A DNA stretch of 64,000 nucleotides from an uncultured Candidatus Saccharibacteria bacterium (GTDB taxonomy: Bacteria; Patescibacteriota; CALEFQ01), in contig OZ246404.1 in the NCBI GenBank assembly GCA_965230955.1, positions 582,410 through 646,409 on the forward strand, read 5' to 3'. How positions within the stretch are numbered: the first letter of the stretch is position 1; every line of letters begins with the position of its first letter. Below, one piece after another: positions 1-9,800 of the stretch. Made by a program: the position numbers and the translations under genes. The notes beneath the pieces were generated by a model that was given only the letters and a program-made list of their open reading frames with translations, did not search any database and had not been told where the DNA came from.

Positions 1-290
1 TGTATTCCGTTTCTTGCCGAGCTTTGAGCTGCTGGAGAAGTTCATTCGCTTCCAACCGCGCCCGTTCTTGTTCCTGAGCCGCTTGCTGCTTGGCCGCGGC
101 GACTTTTTTGTCGGCTTCCACCACCTGATCCAAACCGTCGGCGATTTTCTTCTTGCGCGCGGACAGCATTTTGGTCACCGGCTTATAAAGAAAAATCCAC
201 AAGGCGACAAAAACAATACCAAAATTAACCAGCTGGGCGATCAGATGCTTCCAATCAATGCCAAGTTTTGTGAAGAGGCTTAGATCCATG
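1..290 (-). CDS. atpF: F0F1 ATP synthase subunit b, N-terminal part; gene runs off the window start
   Basis: Minus-strand translation from ATG at 290 gives MDLSLFTKLGIDWKHLIAQLVNFGIVFVALWIF... followed by charged coiled-coil KKKIADGLDQVVEADKK. Third gene of an atpB-atpE-atpF order. Confidence 0.65.
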
Positions 291-302
291 GTAATTGTCT
301 AT

Positions 303-373
303 GGTCTTTAGTCTTTAGTCTTTTGTCTTTAGCAATATCGAAATCTAAAGACCAATGACTAAAGACCAAAGAC
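303..373. repeat. Palindromic tandem-heptamer element, GTCTTTG family: GTCTTTAG x4 then loop then inverted CTAAAGAC units; atpF-atpE intercistronic
   Basis: ggtctttagtctttagtcttttgtctttag ... ctaaagaccaatgactaaagaccaaagac; the two arms are reverse complements. Confidence 0.8.
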
Positions 374-377
374 TTTT

Positions 378-679
<302 letters not shown>

Positions 680-681
680 AT

Positions 682-1413
682 TTAGTGGCTCTCCACCGTC
701 GACATTTTGAGGAACACCAAGGTCAGCATGGCGAAAACAAAGGCCTGAATAAACCCGACAAATATTTCCAGGGCGATAAACGGGACCGGGACGATAAAAG
801 TCACCAGATAAGTCATCACGACCAGTAAAACTTCGCCGGCAAAAACATTACCGAACAAACGGAAGGAAAACGATACCAGCTTCGCCACCTCGCCCACCAA
901 CTCGAGAAGGCCGACGAAAAATTTCATCGGATTACTGAAATTGAGAAAACGCTTGGCGTATTTGAAAAATCCCAGCGACGCGATCCCGACCACCTGAACC
1001 GTGACCACGGTAATCGCCGCCAAGACTATCGTCAAGTTCAGATCGGCGGTAGCGGCCCGGAAAATAGGCACCACTTCCTCACTGCCCGGCTCCACTATTC
1101 CGATCGTCCCGAAGCCCGGCAATAAGCCGATCCAGTTGGCCATGATAATGTACAAGAAAAAAGAAGCTACCAGGGGAAAGAAAAATTTTGCTTGCTTGGC
1201 GTTTTCCGTGACGCCTTCCACCATATTCTGCAGTTTTTCAATCATCCATTCCACAAAATTCTGCAAACCGCGCGGACGTTCTTTCAGGCGCGAGCCGGCG
1301 ATAATAGCGAAAATAACAATAACACCCACCACGATCCAGCTGGTCAGCAAAGAATTTGTCACCGCAAACGAACCGATATGAAAAATTACTTCCGGAGTGA
1401 ATGAAATTGGCAT
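682..1413 (-). CDS. atpB: F0F1 ATP synthase subunit a
   Basis: 243 aa polytopic membrane protein with FRLFGNVFAGE and LLPGFG motifs typical of subunit a. Confidence 0.85.
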   Translation of the reverse strand: MPISFTPEVIFHIGSFAVTNSLLTSWIVVGVIVIFAIIAGSRLKERPRGLQNFVEWMIEKLQNMVEGVTENAKQAKFFFPLVASFFLYIIMANWIGLLPGFGTIGIVEPGSEEVVPIFRAATADLNLTIVLAAITVVTVQVVGIASLGFFKYAKRFLNFSNPMKFFVGLLELVGEVAKLVSFSFRLFGNVFAGEVLLVVMTYLVTFIVPVPFIALEIFVGFIQAFVFAMLTLVFLKMSTVESH

Positions 1414-1452
1414 AAAAAAACCATAAAGCGGCTGTTTAAATTTCAGCCGCCT
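1414..1452 (-). terminator. Rho-independent terminator downstream of the 1521..1901 gene
   Basis: Stem gcggctg/cagccgc followed on the minus strand by a T-run (plus strand aaaaaaacc). Confidence 0.4.
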
Positions 1453-1520
1453 TAAATATAGCAGTGATTTTTTTTTAAGTCAACAACCAAACGGCAAAAT
1501 TGTGCAAAACCATCGAAAGA

Positions 1521-1901
1521 TCAGGCGATTTGTTCCACTTCCCAGTGCTCATTGACCCAAAGAAGGTGAATCGGTACCGAAAAACCCCATTTTGCAACAT
1601 TTTCCGCCGCTTTTTGCAAATGAGCGAGGTGAATCTGCTTCTCCACCGGGTTTCCGGCGCAGTCATGATGCGCAACCAGGACTATGTTTTTGGAGCCATG
1701 CTTCTCGACCGAGATACGGACACGAGCCTTAATCGATTCTGCCAGCGGATTGCCCGCCTCCGCCAAAATTTTGTCCGGGCCGGGCTCGGTAATAGTATCG
1801 ACGAAATCGACGCCGAACTGCTTCCTGGCCCAAGTATTAACCGAAAGTTGGGTGCGACCGTCCATGCAATTGATGGCGGTAGCGAAAGTGCCGTGAGACA
1901 T
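1521..1901 (-). CDS. Small beta-carbonic-anhydrase-like protein (CxDxR ... HxxC motifs)
   Basis: NCMDGR and VAHHDCAGN spaced about 60 aa apart as in the beta-CA zinc site; only 126 aa, so assignment is tentative. Confidence 0.3.
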   Translation of the reverse strand: MSHGTFATAINCMDGRTQLSVNTWARKQFGVDFVDTITEPGPDKILAEAGNPLAESIKARVRISVEKHGSKNIVLVAHHDCAGNPVEKQIHLAHLQKAAENVAKWGFSVPIHLLWVNEHWEVEQIA

Positions 1902-2269
1902 AAGAGGAAATTTAAAGTTTAAAAAAAAAAATTCAAAAGAAATTGAAAAAGAAAAAATATAACGATTTAATCTCCGGCTTTAGATTGTTGCCGCATTTCG
2001 GCTAAAACTTCATCGTTCCCTGATGTTTTCTCGGGATTTGCCGGTAATTTTTAAACTTTAGCACGTTTTTTATCCGCAGTAAAATATCGGAAGATCTAAA
2101 GATTAAAGACATGGAATTCAAAAAAATTTAAGGGCGAAAGCCAAAAAATTATTTCGATTTTGAGCTTTAAATTTCTTTTAAGCTTTCTTGTTTTAATTTT
2201 TGACTTTTTGTGGATAACTACCGGTGACAGAAATATTTTAATTTGTTATACTCTCGCTTGCCTCTTTTT

Positions 2270-2390
2270 TTTCTGAGGCAAAAAGAAAAGGCGCTCCTGA
2301 TCGTTCGATATAAACGGAAATAGTGAGTTTCCGCTTCTATCGATATACCTGTTGAAGCAGGTAAAATGATCAGAGCGCCTTTGTGCGTTT
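2270..2390 (-). terminator. Long interrupted hairpin plus T-tract downstream of the 2429..3610 gene
   Basis: aaggcgctcctgatc ... gatcagagcgcctt arms with inner hairpins, followed on the minus strand by ttttctttttg. Confidence 0.3.
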
Positions 2391-2428
2391 TGAGAAAGAT
2401 GAGAAGTCTCCGAGGTCCGGAATGGTGG

Positions 2429-3610
2429 CTACTCATAGCCGAATTCCAGACAAGCGACAGGCCCGACCCAGCTATCATTATCCGTGATAGTCGTGGCCCA
2501 GAAGAGCAGACCGGAGGCGGAGCCGTCAACTTCAGGCCAGATGAAATCAAACACGGTTGTTTGTTCATCCAGGCCGTCAGTTACCAGAAGCGATTCGTAG
2601 GTGAATTCTGTAGTCCAGTTTGGTGCCCAGTAATAGGCCCCGTAGACATCCAGGAGCAGATACGCCGAAGTTGACTCGGAGGCCATGAAAGGCGGGTTCT
2701 GCGTTTTCACCATTCGGCTGGCGAGGACAAATCGGTCACCGGCATGAAACATGCGCGGCGGAAGGCTTTGTCGACGCGGGAGACCGATAGCGACAGCGTC
2801 TTTCGGGTCAGCCAGAAACTCTAACGTGTAAAGAATCTGACTGCGATAGACTCCCCCACGGTCAATGTTGGTGCCGTCGGGATCAGAATATCCCGGGTCA
2901 CCGCTATCGACGGCAAGAGATCCATAGCCGGGAGCGAAGGTGACAGGGTCCAGCATGGGGTCGGCAATGTTGACGATGTCGGTAGAATCCGGTTCGTAGT
3001 CGCCGTATCCCCGAGGATAGTCAACATTCCAGAAAAGGTTGAACGTCTCCGTTGCAGATCCGTAAATCCCATAAAAGAAATTTACGACGATGCAATTAGT
3101 GACAATCTTTTCGGAACTACCACTCACCCCCATTGAATCTTGACCACTGGTACCGATCAGTGTGCACTGTGACATAGTTCCGCTTGATCCAGAATCAAAC
3201 TTGACACCGTTTTCGTGCACGCCGGAAATAACAACAGAATCAATCAGGACATTACTGGCCTGTACAGGGATATACACCACTCTCTTTGAATTATTCGGAG
3301 CTACAATGTGAAGATTGAGAAGAGAACACCCCGAATGGAGAATAACCGCTGCATCAGTTTGCCCATAGCAAGAAGGCACAGCATATGTTACTGCTGATTC
3401 TTCGAGCCCATCAATCGTAACATTGTCTGGTGAATTCCAAAATCTTGGATCCGTGTAGCAGCCAGGCAAAATTACGACTTTGTCACCGGCGACTGAGGCC
3501 GCCAGTGCGTCAGAAACGTTGGGATAGTCCGTAGGGACTATCAGTTGAGCCGCCTCAACCGAGACGACCGCTGTCAGAATGACAAAGAACACTACTACTA
3601 TCCGTTTCAT
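2429..3610 (-). CDS. Secreted hypothetical protein, probable right-handed beta-helix / pectin-lyase-fold
   Basis: N-terminal signal peptide MKRIVVVFFVILTAVVSVEAA; Gly/Ser/Asn/Asp/Thr-rich repetitive beta-strand-like segments. Confidence 0.45.
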   Translation of the reverse strand: MKRIVVVFFVILTAVVSVEAAQLIVPTDYPNVSDALAASVAGDKVVILPGCYTDPRFWNSPDNVTIDGLEESAVTYAVPSCYGQTDAAVILHSGCSLLNLHIVAPNNSKRVVYIPVQASNVLIDSVVISGVHENGVKFDSGSSGTMSQCTLIGTSGQDSMGVSGSSEKIVTNCIVVNFFYGIYGSATETFNLFWNVDYPRGYGDYEPDSTDIVNIADPMLDPVTFAPGYGSLAVDSGDPGYSDPDGTNIDRGGVYRSQILYTLEFLADPKDAVAIGLPRRQSLPPRMFHAGDRFVLASRMVKTQNPPFMASESTSAYLLLDVYGAYYWAPNWTTEFTYESLLVTDGLDEQTTVFDFIWPEVDGSASGLLFWATTITDNDSWVGPVACLEFGYE

Positions 3611-3683
3611 CTTTTTTCCCTCCTTGGAAAAGACAGTTTATACTAGTTGACATGATACACCAATTCGCCCTTTTTGTCAATAC

Positions 3684-4256
3684 CTACTTGTAGATCGCGT
3701 TTTGGTCAGGATATATGACACCCTTCCCGTCCGGGCTATAGAGCACTAAATCCACCCCGATGGCACCGGCCTTGGTCTCCCATTTGGGAGTTTTTTGTGA
3801 CCAAGTATGACCGGATCCAAAAACACTGCCGGAAATCTCCGCCACGCCGTAACTATTCTGGCCATTGACGTTGTTTTCCAGCGGGATAATACCGTAAATA
3901 TCGTTGACAATAAAAGGATGAGGATTACCGTCCTGAATCGGAACAGCGTTGTAAAGTACTCCCCAGCCATTCTGGACGGCCTGATGGACACAATGCTGGG
4001 TTCCGGTACCGGTATCGACTTCCATTTTGTCGCAACCGCCGGTAGAAATAACGTAAACACCAAGATAAGAGCCGATATAATACTTGGCTCCGCCGGAAAT
4101 CTGAAAATAGACCCATTGTCCCAGAGCCAGGGACTGATTGGTACTGGCGGGCGGATCCATCGCCAAAGTCAATTTAAAGTAAGTACCGCCGACGCATAAT
4201 ACGATCCCCAGCAGAAGTAGCAAGGCGACAATTTGATATTTTAGTTTATGAACCAT
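3684..4256 (-). CDS. Secreted or membrane-anchored hypothetical protein
   Basis: N-terminal hydrophobic anchor; no recognisable catalytic motif. Confidence 0.4.
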   Translation of the reverse strand: MVHKLKYQIVALLLLLGIVLCVGGTYFKLTLAMDPPASTNQSLALGQWVYFQISGGAKYYIGSYLGVYVISTGGCDKMEVDTGTGTQHCVHQAVQNGWGVLYNAVPIQDGNPHPFIVNDIYGIIPLENNVNGQNSYGVAEISGSVFGSGHTWSQKTPKWETKAGAIGVDLVLYSPDGKGVIYPDQNAIYK

Positions 4257-4262
4257 AGCACT

Positions 4263-4973
4263 TTAATCCGGGGTTAAGCTCTCGGGCAAAACATAATCAT
4301 GCTCGAGTGAAACGCGCCCGCATAAATCACCGGGGACTTCCGAACCAGTGGAGCATCCGCCTCCCAAGTAGCCAGCCCAGGTATAAGTATAATTTCGATT
4401 ACCCGCCGCCGGATCACCCGGCTGACCGATGGCAGTTTCTACTTTTATATCCCAAACAGTCCAGAGCATTTCCTCCTCCCAATCATCAGGAACAACGGCA
4501 TTGGCATCGGCAGGAATATAATGTTGGTTTATCCGATTTTGTATGTCTGTACCTTTTAGTGGAAATAATACTACCAGCTTGCCGTTTGGTTTCCGGGCTA
4601 AGACACCAAAAGCCGAGACCAGAGTCCCGCCCGGCTCGACACATTTGACATAAGTATGACCGGCGATTTCCGGATCCACCAAAGGCGGAGCGGCGACGTA
4701 TGGAGCGGTCCAATCACTGCAATTGCGCCAAGATCCCATAAATCCCCCTAGATAAGTTCCGAATGGCTTGGGCGGTTCGCGGGTAAGTTGACATCCCTGA
4801 CCACATTCCTGATAAATATGCTGGTAAGCAATGGTGTGTTTTATTTGCAATGTATCCCCGGGAGTCCCCTGGGGCGGAACGGGAGCGGCAAAACCGAGCT
4901 GACCGAAAATCCCCATGCTTAAAAGCACAACGCCGCAAAAAAGTAAGATAAATGTTAGTTTCGGCTTGAACAT
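4263..4973 (-). CDS. Secreted hypothetical protein
   Basis: Signal peptide MFKPKLTFILLFCGVVLLSMGIFG; several Cys residues. Confidence 0.4.
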   Translation of the reverse strand: MFKPKLTFILLFCGVVLLSMGIFGQLGFAAPVPPQGTPGDTLQIKHTIAYQHIYQECGQGCQLTREPPKPFGTYLGGFMGSWRNCSDWTAPYVAAPPLVDPEIAGHTYVKCVEPGGTLVSAFGVLARKPNGKLVVLFPLKGTDIQNRINQHYIPADANAVVPDDWEEEMLWTVWDIKVETAIGQPGDPAAGNRNYTYTWAGYLGGGCSTGSEVPGDLCGRVSLEHDYVLPESLTPD

Positions 4974-5078
4974 AGCTTTTTATTTGTGATTTCAGTATAC
5001 ACTATCCGGCCCAATCGCGCAAAATTATTTGCCCCGTCCGGACTGATATGTTAAAATGGGCTAAATTAAGCTAAATAT

Positions 5079-5447
5079 ATGAAAAAAATATTTCCGGCAG
5101 TTTTACTGGCCATTATCCTGATCGCGCCATCGGCAACTATGGCGGAGGAAACTACTCCCCTGCCAACGGCTACCGAAGAAGCCGGCTCACTACCCGCCTC
5201 CGGATTACCGATCGATATGGAATCTTTAGGTGAAATTGAATTTGGTCCCGACGGCCAAGCGACATTGAGCCCGGACATAGCCGACAAGCTCAATCAAGCG
5301 CTAACCGAAAGAAATAAACCCGCCAATCCGTGGGATCCATATATTCGCATTGGAATTGATATTGCCATCGGTATCGGGGCGGGACTGATCGCCTTTTCGC
5401 TTTTCTGGGTAGTGAAAAATAAAAAAGCCCAAAACGTAAAATCATAA
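5079..5447 (+). CDS. Small secreted protein with C-terminal transmembrane anchor
   Basis: Signal peptide plus C-terminal hydrophobic IGIDIAIGIGAGLIAFSLFWVV. Confidence 0.4.
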   Translation: MKKIFPAVLLAIILIAPSATMAEETTPLPTATEEAGSLPASGLPIDMESLGEIEFGPDGQATLSPDIADKLNQALTERNKPANPWDPYIRIGIDIAIGIGAGLIAFSLFWVVKNKKAQNVKS

Positions 5448-5500
5448 AAAAAATTAGCACCGCTAAAATAAAATTCAAACCGCTATTCTTCTCCCTGCTA

Positions 5501-6214
5501 TTGGCCGGCGTTTTCGTTTTATCCTCCTGCACAGTTCGCCCGATCAGCGACGATACGATCACGAATACTTTGCCGACGCCAACGACTACCTCCGTCACTG
5601 GAACCGCGACACCATTACCCACCGCCGCCGGTTATACCCCGGCGCAATTCAAAGAATATTTCTTTGAAATCGCGCTCGGCACGGAGTTTTACAGTCAAGC
5701 CGATCGCATCCGCAAATGGAAAGAACCGATGACGCTGGAAATAGGAGGTTTCCCCACCGCCGAAGATATCGCCACCCTGAATAAAATCATCAATGAAATC
5801 AACCAAATCACCGACGGAAGAATGACAATCAATATCGTCACCAGCGGCGGAAATTCCAAAATTTGGTTCGCGCCCCTGGATCAGCTCTCCAACTACGAGC
5901 CGAATTATATCCCGGGCAATTGGGGATTTTTCTATGCCAGCTGGGACGGCAAATTCAATATTTACACTACCAATATCGTCATCGCCTCGGACGAGCCGAC
6001 CCAGACAGAGCGCACCCACCTGATCCGCGAGGAACTGACCCAATCGCTGGGGCTGATGCAGGATTCGTCCAAGTACCCCGACAGTATTTTCTACATCGAA
6101 TGGATTGACGGACAAAACTTTTCCGATCTGGACCGAGCCGTAATTGCCCAGCTCTACGATCCGGCAGTCCGAGCCGGGATGACGCAGGCGGAGCTCGAAA
6201 AAATTATAAAATAA
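5501..6214 (+). CDS. Putative lipoprotein of unknown function; start uncertain (TTG at 5501, or further upstream)
   Basis: Lipobox-like VLSSC near the N-terminus; the upstream in-frame stretch KISTAKIKFKPLFFSLLLAGVFVLSSC looks like a complete signal peptide. Confidence 0.4.
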   Translation: MAGVFVLSSCTVRPISDDTITNTLPTPTTTSVTGTATPLPTAAGYTPAQFKEYFFEIALGTEFYSQADRIRKWKEPMTLEIGGFPTAEDIATLNKIINEINQITDGRMTINIVTSGGNSKIWFAPLDQLSNYEPNYIPGNWGFFYASWDGKFNIYTTNIVIASDEPTQTERTHLIREELTQSLGLMQDSSKYPDSIFYIEWIDGQNFSDLDRAVIAQLYDPAVRAGMTQAELEKIIK

Positions 6215-6264
6215 AACTAATCCGCAAACAAACAGCGTGGAAAAAATTATACGATAAAACTAAA

Positions 6265-6292
6265 ACAGCGACGGCCTTAAGGCCGTCGCTGT
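6265..6292. terminator. Bidirectional hairpin between convergent genes
   Basis: Perfect palindrome acagcgacggcc ttaa ggccgtcgctgt. Confidence 0.5.
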
Positions 6293-6316
6293 TGATTGAT
6301 ATCGAAAATTATTTTC

Positions 6317-7294
6317 TCAGCAAATCCTCGGCACCAGCTTACCTTCAGGCATGGGCAAAACCCGCTTCCCGAATTTCGTTTCCAAAATCACTCCCCGCCC
6401 GCGCTCCACCCGCCCGATAATGGCGGGCTTTTGTTTTAATCGGCGCAGGGTTTCGAGAACTTTGACAATCTTGTTTTTGGGCACACCGGCAACGAATCTT
6501 CCCTCGCAAGCCATATCATAAACCGAAAAACCCAGGATATCGCACATGGCCCGGACTTCTTTGTGCACCGGGATTTGTTTTTCCAATAAAACAATCTTCA
6601 CCCGAGACTTTTGCGCCATTTCATTTAGCGTGGCGCTGATCCCCCCGCGGGTGGCATCCTTGCAAGCGGTCAAGGATTCCTTGATGGGCGCGATCAAACG
6701 CCAGAGCGGTTGGCAGTCACTTTTAAGTTTGGTCCGGTAATTAAATCGCTTGGCCAAAATCGCCAAAGCATGCTCCCCGATCCCGCCGGAAACAATGATC
6801 AAGTCGCCGACATTGAGTCCGGAGTTATCCACCGGGCAATCCGCGGCGCCTACGCCGCTGGTATTGATCACAACTCCTTTCACCCCGCCTTTTTCCACCA
6901 CTTTGGTGTCGCCGGTGACGACGGCAATTTTTTCCCGGCGCGAAACGGAAGCGATTGAACGCAATATTTTTTTCAGATCTTCTATCGCGAAACCTTCTTC
7001 GATAATAAGCGAAAGGGAAATCCCGAGCGGTTCAGCTCCCATCACCGCCAGATCATTGATCGTACCGCAAATTGCCAGCCGGCCAATATCACCGCCCGGG
7101 AAAAAGAGCGGGTCAACGATATATGAATCCGTCGTGAAAACCAATTTCGCGCCTGGCCAATTTCGATAAGCCGCGTCCTGATCCCGCCCGCGCCAATCAT
7201 TTGATTTCGGCAAAATTTTAAAAATATCACGCAGGAGTCCCTGCATTTCATTACCCCCGCCACCATGACTGAGTTTGACTTTATTATCTTTCAT
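6317..7294 (-). CDS. hypE: Hydrogenase maturation protein HypE (carbamoyl dehydratase, AIR-synthase-related)
   Basis: PurM-like fold; C-terminus ends in the HypE-signature PRIC. Confidence 0.85.
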   Translation of the reverse strand: MKDNKVKLSHGGGGNEMQGLLRDIFKILPKSNDWRGRDQDAAYRNWPGAKLVFTTDSYIVDPLFFPGGDIGRLAICGTINDLAVMGAEPLGISLSLIIEEGFAIEDLKKILRSIASVSRREKIAVVTGDTKVVEKGGVKGVVINTSGVGAADCPVDNSGLNVGDLIIVSGGIGEHALAILAKRFNYRTKLKSDCQPLWRLIAPIKESLTACKDATRGGISATLNEMAQKSRVKIVLLEKQIPVHKEVRAMCDILGFSVYDMACEGRFVAGVPKNKIVKVLETLRRLKQKPAIIGRVERGRGVILETKFGKRVLPMPEGKLVPRIC

Positions 7295-7404
7295 GAATTT
7301 AAGAGTTTACCCGCCAGCGCCTGATTGGACCGACAAATATTTAGCAAAATCGCGGCCCATATTTTTCACGGTCGTATCTAAAAAATCTAAATACGTAGGC
7401 GCAG

Positions 7405-8121
7405 TCAAAACAACACTCTGCTTGACCAAGCCTTGGCCGCGACCGCATCAACCTCGAGCTTGAGACGAATTTTTATCAGGGGCTGGATCGCTCCCGATAC
7501 CACTTTTTCCACCGAGATGTAGTCATCTGGCCGAAGAATCTTAAGAAATTTTTCCAAGGACTGGGCCACAAAATCTTGCGGCTCCGAAAAATATTCCGCC
7601 AGGCAAGAAATTACTTTCGGACGATCGTTTTTTGGAATAGCCGAACGGTACAAATCGAGAATCTCCGGCTGATTCCGAGCTAAGTTCAGATCAACACCGC
7701 CCTCGATGAAATTGTGAGCCAAAACAGCGCAGACCTCGTCCGGTTTCCGCTCGAGCAATTCAGCCACTCCCGGGACAAGTTTCAAGCCCAGTCGGTAAGC
7801 ATAACCAGACTGGTGGTTATCACTATAGAAATCAGCTCCGTGATTAACTTGACTATGCAACACCAAACCTAAAGCGAGGGGTAATAATTCTGGATATTTA
7901 TCCGCGACAAAAGAATAAAAACGATCGGGATTATTATGTAATAAATCTCGTGAAAGCTTCTCGCCCGAGGCGGTGGATATGTCCGGTAAAATACCGCCTA
8001 AAACTAAGTAGGGATTTTCACTTCCGGTAAGCTTATTGTTTATGTAAGTATGGGCAAGAGGAAGCATATGATAATTATTTACTATATTTATCTTCAATAA
8101 TATTTCGGTGATGCTGGGCAT
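7405..8121 (-). CDS. Hypothetical protein
   Basis: 238 aa, no recognisable motif; sits between hypE and hypD. Confidence 0.3.
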   Translation of the reverse strand: MPSITEILLKINIVNNYHMLPLAHTYINNKLTGSENPYLVLGGILPDISTASGEKLSRDLLHNNPDRFYSFVADKYPELLPLALGLVLHSQVNHGADFYSDNHQSGYAYRLGLKLVPGVAELLERKPDEVCAVLAHNFIEGGVDLNLARNQPEILDLYRSAIPKNDRPKVISCLAEYFSEPQDFVAQSLEKFLKILRPDDYISVEKVVSGAIQPLIKIRLKLEVDAVAAKAWSSRVLF

Positions 8122-8353
8122 TAGTGAAACCGAAGAGTTCCCTACTTTTTTGATCGCTTTTCTTTTTCATCTCCGGCGTCATCTCCTGCCAATTGGCCCA
8201 AATTCGTTCTTGCTCGGTCCTATCCGGTTCTTCGTGTATCAATTCAATCCCCGTCTCCGCCCGCCACCGATGCACCGGGTCATGTAACAAATAATTAGCT
8301 TTATCAGGATAATTCTTCCTTATCTCTTCTGTATTGTAAGGACGCTGATACAT
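8075..8353 (-). CDS. Small hypothetical protein
   Basis: 92 aa ORF, overlaps the next gene by 47 nt; coding status uncertain. Confidence 0.2.
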   Translation of the reverse strand: MYQRPYNTEEIRKNYPDKANYLLHDPVHRWRAETGIELIHEEPDRTEQERIWANWQEMTPEMKKKSDQKSRELFGFTNAQHHRNIIEDKYSK

Positions 8354-8371
8354 AATATTACTTTTGACTTT

Positions 8372-9418
8372 TTACTTATACTCATATTTTATCCGACACG
8401 CCCCCTCCCGCGACACCATACATGCCCCAATCGGTTTCTCCGGAGTGCAAGCGCACCTAAATAATTTACAATCCTCGGGGGCAATCAGCCCCTTGATCAC
8501 GTCGCCGCAACGGCAACCAGGGGTCTTTAGTCGTTGGTCTTTAGTCTTTAGCCGATAATTAGCAATAATCTTTTTGTACCGAACAGCGGCGTCGAATTTA
8601 GCGTACTTTTTCTTTATCTGCATCCCCGATTTCGGAATTTTTCCCAGTCCGCGCCATTCGCTATCGACCGGCTTGAAAACTTCCGCGATTAATTTCTTCG
8701 CCCGCCGATTACCGTTCGGTTTCACTAGCCGGCGGTATTCGTTTTCAACTTTTGACTCCCCGCAGGTAATCTGGCGCAAAAGCATAATAACCGCCAGTAA
8801 AATATCCGTCGGTTCAAAGCCCGCGATTACCTGCGGCTTTTTTATCACGCTGTATGGTTTGAGCCCGGTGATGGCCGAAACGTGGCCGGGATTGATGAAA
8901 CCGTCAATCTTGATCTGCTTATCTCGACTTAATGCCAGCATCGCCGGCGGGAAATACTTGTGGGCGGAATAAACCATGAGCCCGTGCTTGATCGCGGATG
9001 CCGTCATCGGCACCGTGGTCTCAAATCCTAGACCGAAAAAAACAACGGCCGGCTCGTCTTTTTTCCATTTCAGCGCTTCTTCGACGGAATAAACGGCTCT
9101 GACCTTGGCACCACTGGCTTTGACTTGCTCCAGACTCATTTCCGAGCCCGGTACGCGCAACACATCACCATAGCACGCGATCGGGATGCCGCTCAAGGCT
9201 AAACCAACCACGGCGTCAATATCGCTCAGCGGGGTGACGCAAACGGGACAGCCCGGGCCGGTCACGAGCTCAATTTTCTTTGGCAAAACCGCGCGCAGAC
9301 CGGAACGCGAAATCGCCTCGGTGTGCGTGCCGCAGACTTCCATGAGGCGGACTGGTTTACGAAGCGTTGCCGCTAATATTTCTATTTCGCGCGTAAGTTG
9401 TAGGGTGGATGATGGCAT
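8372..9418 (-). CDS. hypD: Hydrogenase maturation protein HypD
   Basis: CGTH, GPGCPVC, PGCRCGDV and CxxP...CMVS.EGAC motifs of HypD. Confidence 0.85.
   Translation of the reverse strand: MPSSTLQLTREIEILAATLRKPVRLMEVCGTHTEAISRSGLRAVLPKKIELVTGPGCPVCVTPLSDIDAVVGLALSGIPIACYGDVLRVPGSEMSLEQVKASGAKVRAVYSVEEALKWKKDEPAVVFFGLGFETTVPMTASAIKHGLMVYSAHKYFPPAMLALSRDKQIKIDGFINPGHVSAITGLKPYSVIKKPQVIAGFEPTDILLAVIMLLRQITCGESKVENEYRRLVKPNGNRRAKKLIAEVFKPVDSEWRGLGKIPKSGMQIKKKYAKFDAAVRYKKIIANYRLKTKDQRLKTPGCRCGDVIKGLIAPEDCKLFRCACTPEKPIGACMVSREGACRIKYEYK
8523..8553. repeat. Half-copy of the GTCTTTG-family element lying in-frame inside hypD
   Basis: gtctttagtcgttggtctttagtctttagcc reads on the coding strand as RLKTKDQRLKT, immediately before the conserved PGCRCGDV. 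Confidence 0.6.
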
Positions 9419-9492
9419 GGTCTTTGGTCTTTAGTCTTTGGTCTTTGGCCCAGAAAAAGCCGGCTAAAGACTAAAGACAAAAGACTAACGAC
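9419..9492. repeat. Palindromic tandem-heptamer element (GTCTTTG family), hypD-hypC junction
   Basis: ggtctttggtctttagtctttggtctttggcc ... ggctaaagactaaagacaaaagactaacgac; abuts the hypD ATG. Confidence 0.8.
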
Positions 9493-9697
9493 CCTTAGCA
9501 AAATCCGCCAACGCCGATTTCGCTTCCTTACTATCTAAAACCCCAATAGCAAACCCCGTATGCACCGTAACATAATCCCCGGCCTTGGCCTCCGGCACCA
9601 ATTCCAGGCTCACTTCTTTTTTTAAACCATTAAATGAAACGACCGCGTGGCGGTCGCGATGGAGTGAGATGATTTTACCGGGGATTGCTAAGCACAT
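9485..9697 (-). CDS. hypC: Hydrogenase maturation chaperone HypC
   Basis: Starts MCLAIPGKI, the HypC N-terminal signature; 70 aa. Confidence 0.8.
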   Translation of the reverse strand: MCLAIPGKIISLHRDRHAVVSFNGLKKEVSLELVPEAKAGDYVTVHTGFAIGVLDSKEAKSALADFAKGR

Positions 9698-9721
9698 GAG
9701 AGGTTGGAGCTATAGATTGCC

Positions 9722-9797
9722 AGTCTTTGGTCTTTAGTCTATAGTCTTTGGCCATAAAATATTCAGGCTAAAGACAAAAGACCAACGGCTAAAGACC
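9722..9797. repeat. Palindromic tandem-heptamer element (GTCTTTG family)
   Basis: agtctttggtctttagtctatagtctttggcc ... ggctaaagacaaaagaccaacggctaaagacc. Confidence 0.8.
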
Positions 9798-9800
9798 TTT

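Noticed and set aside
14-283. Plus-strand 89-aa ORF at the window start
   Set aside because: The minus strand over the same span encodes a clean ATP synthase b-subunit N-terminus in operon order with atpE and atpB. The plus-strand ORF is a shadow.
1001-1404. Opposite-strand ORFs inside atpB. The same pattern occurs inside hydB-like (11672-12470), the ABC ATPase (16093-16536), the P-type ATPase (36166-38355), argS (45621-46295) and sucD (58131-58989).
   Set aside because: They lie entirely within well-supported genes on the other strand and have low-complexity, Arg/Pro-rich translations typical of antisense shadow ORFs.
2218-2568. 116-aa minus-strand ORF downstream of the secreted beta-helix gene
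   Set aside because: It overlaps the 3' end of that gene and the long terminator hairpin, and is Cys/Ser/Arg-rich low complexity. Likely non-coding.
7405-8121. Possibility that this unknown protein is a divergent [NiFe] hydrogenase subunit
   Set aside because: It is 238 aa with no N-/C-terminal CxxC nickel-binding pairs or small-subunit cluster motifs. Cannot be a large or small subunit.
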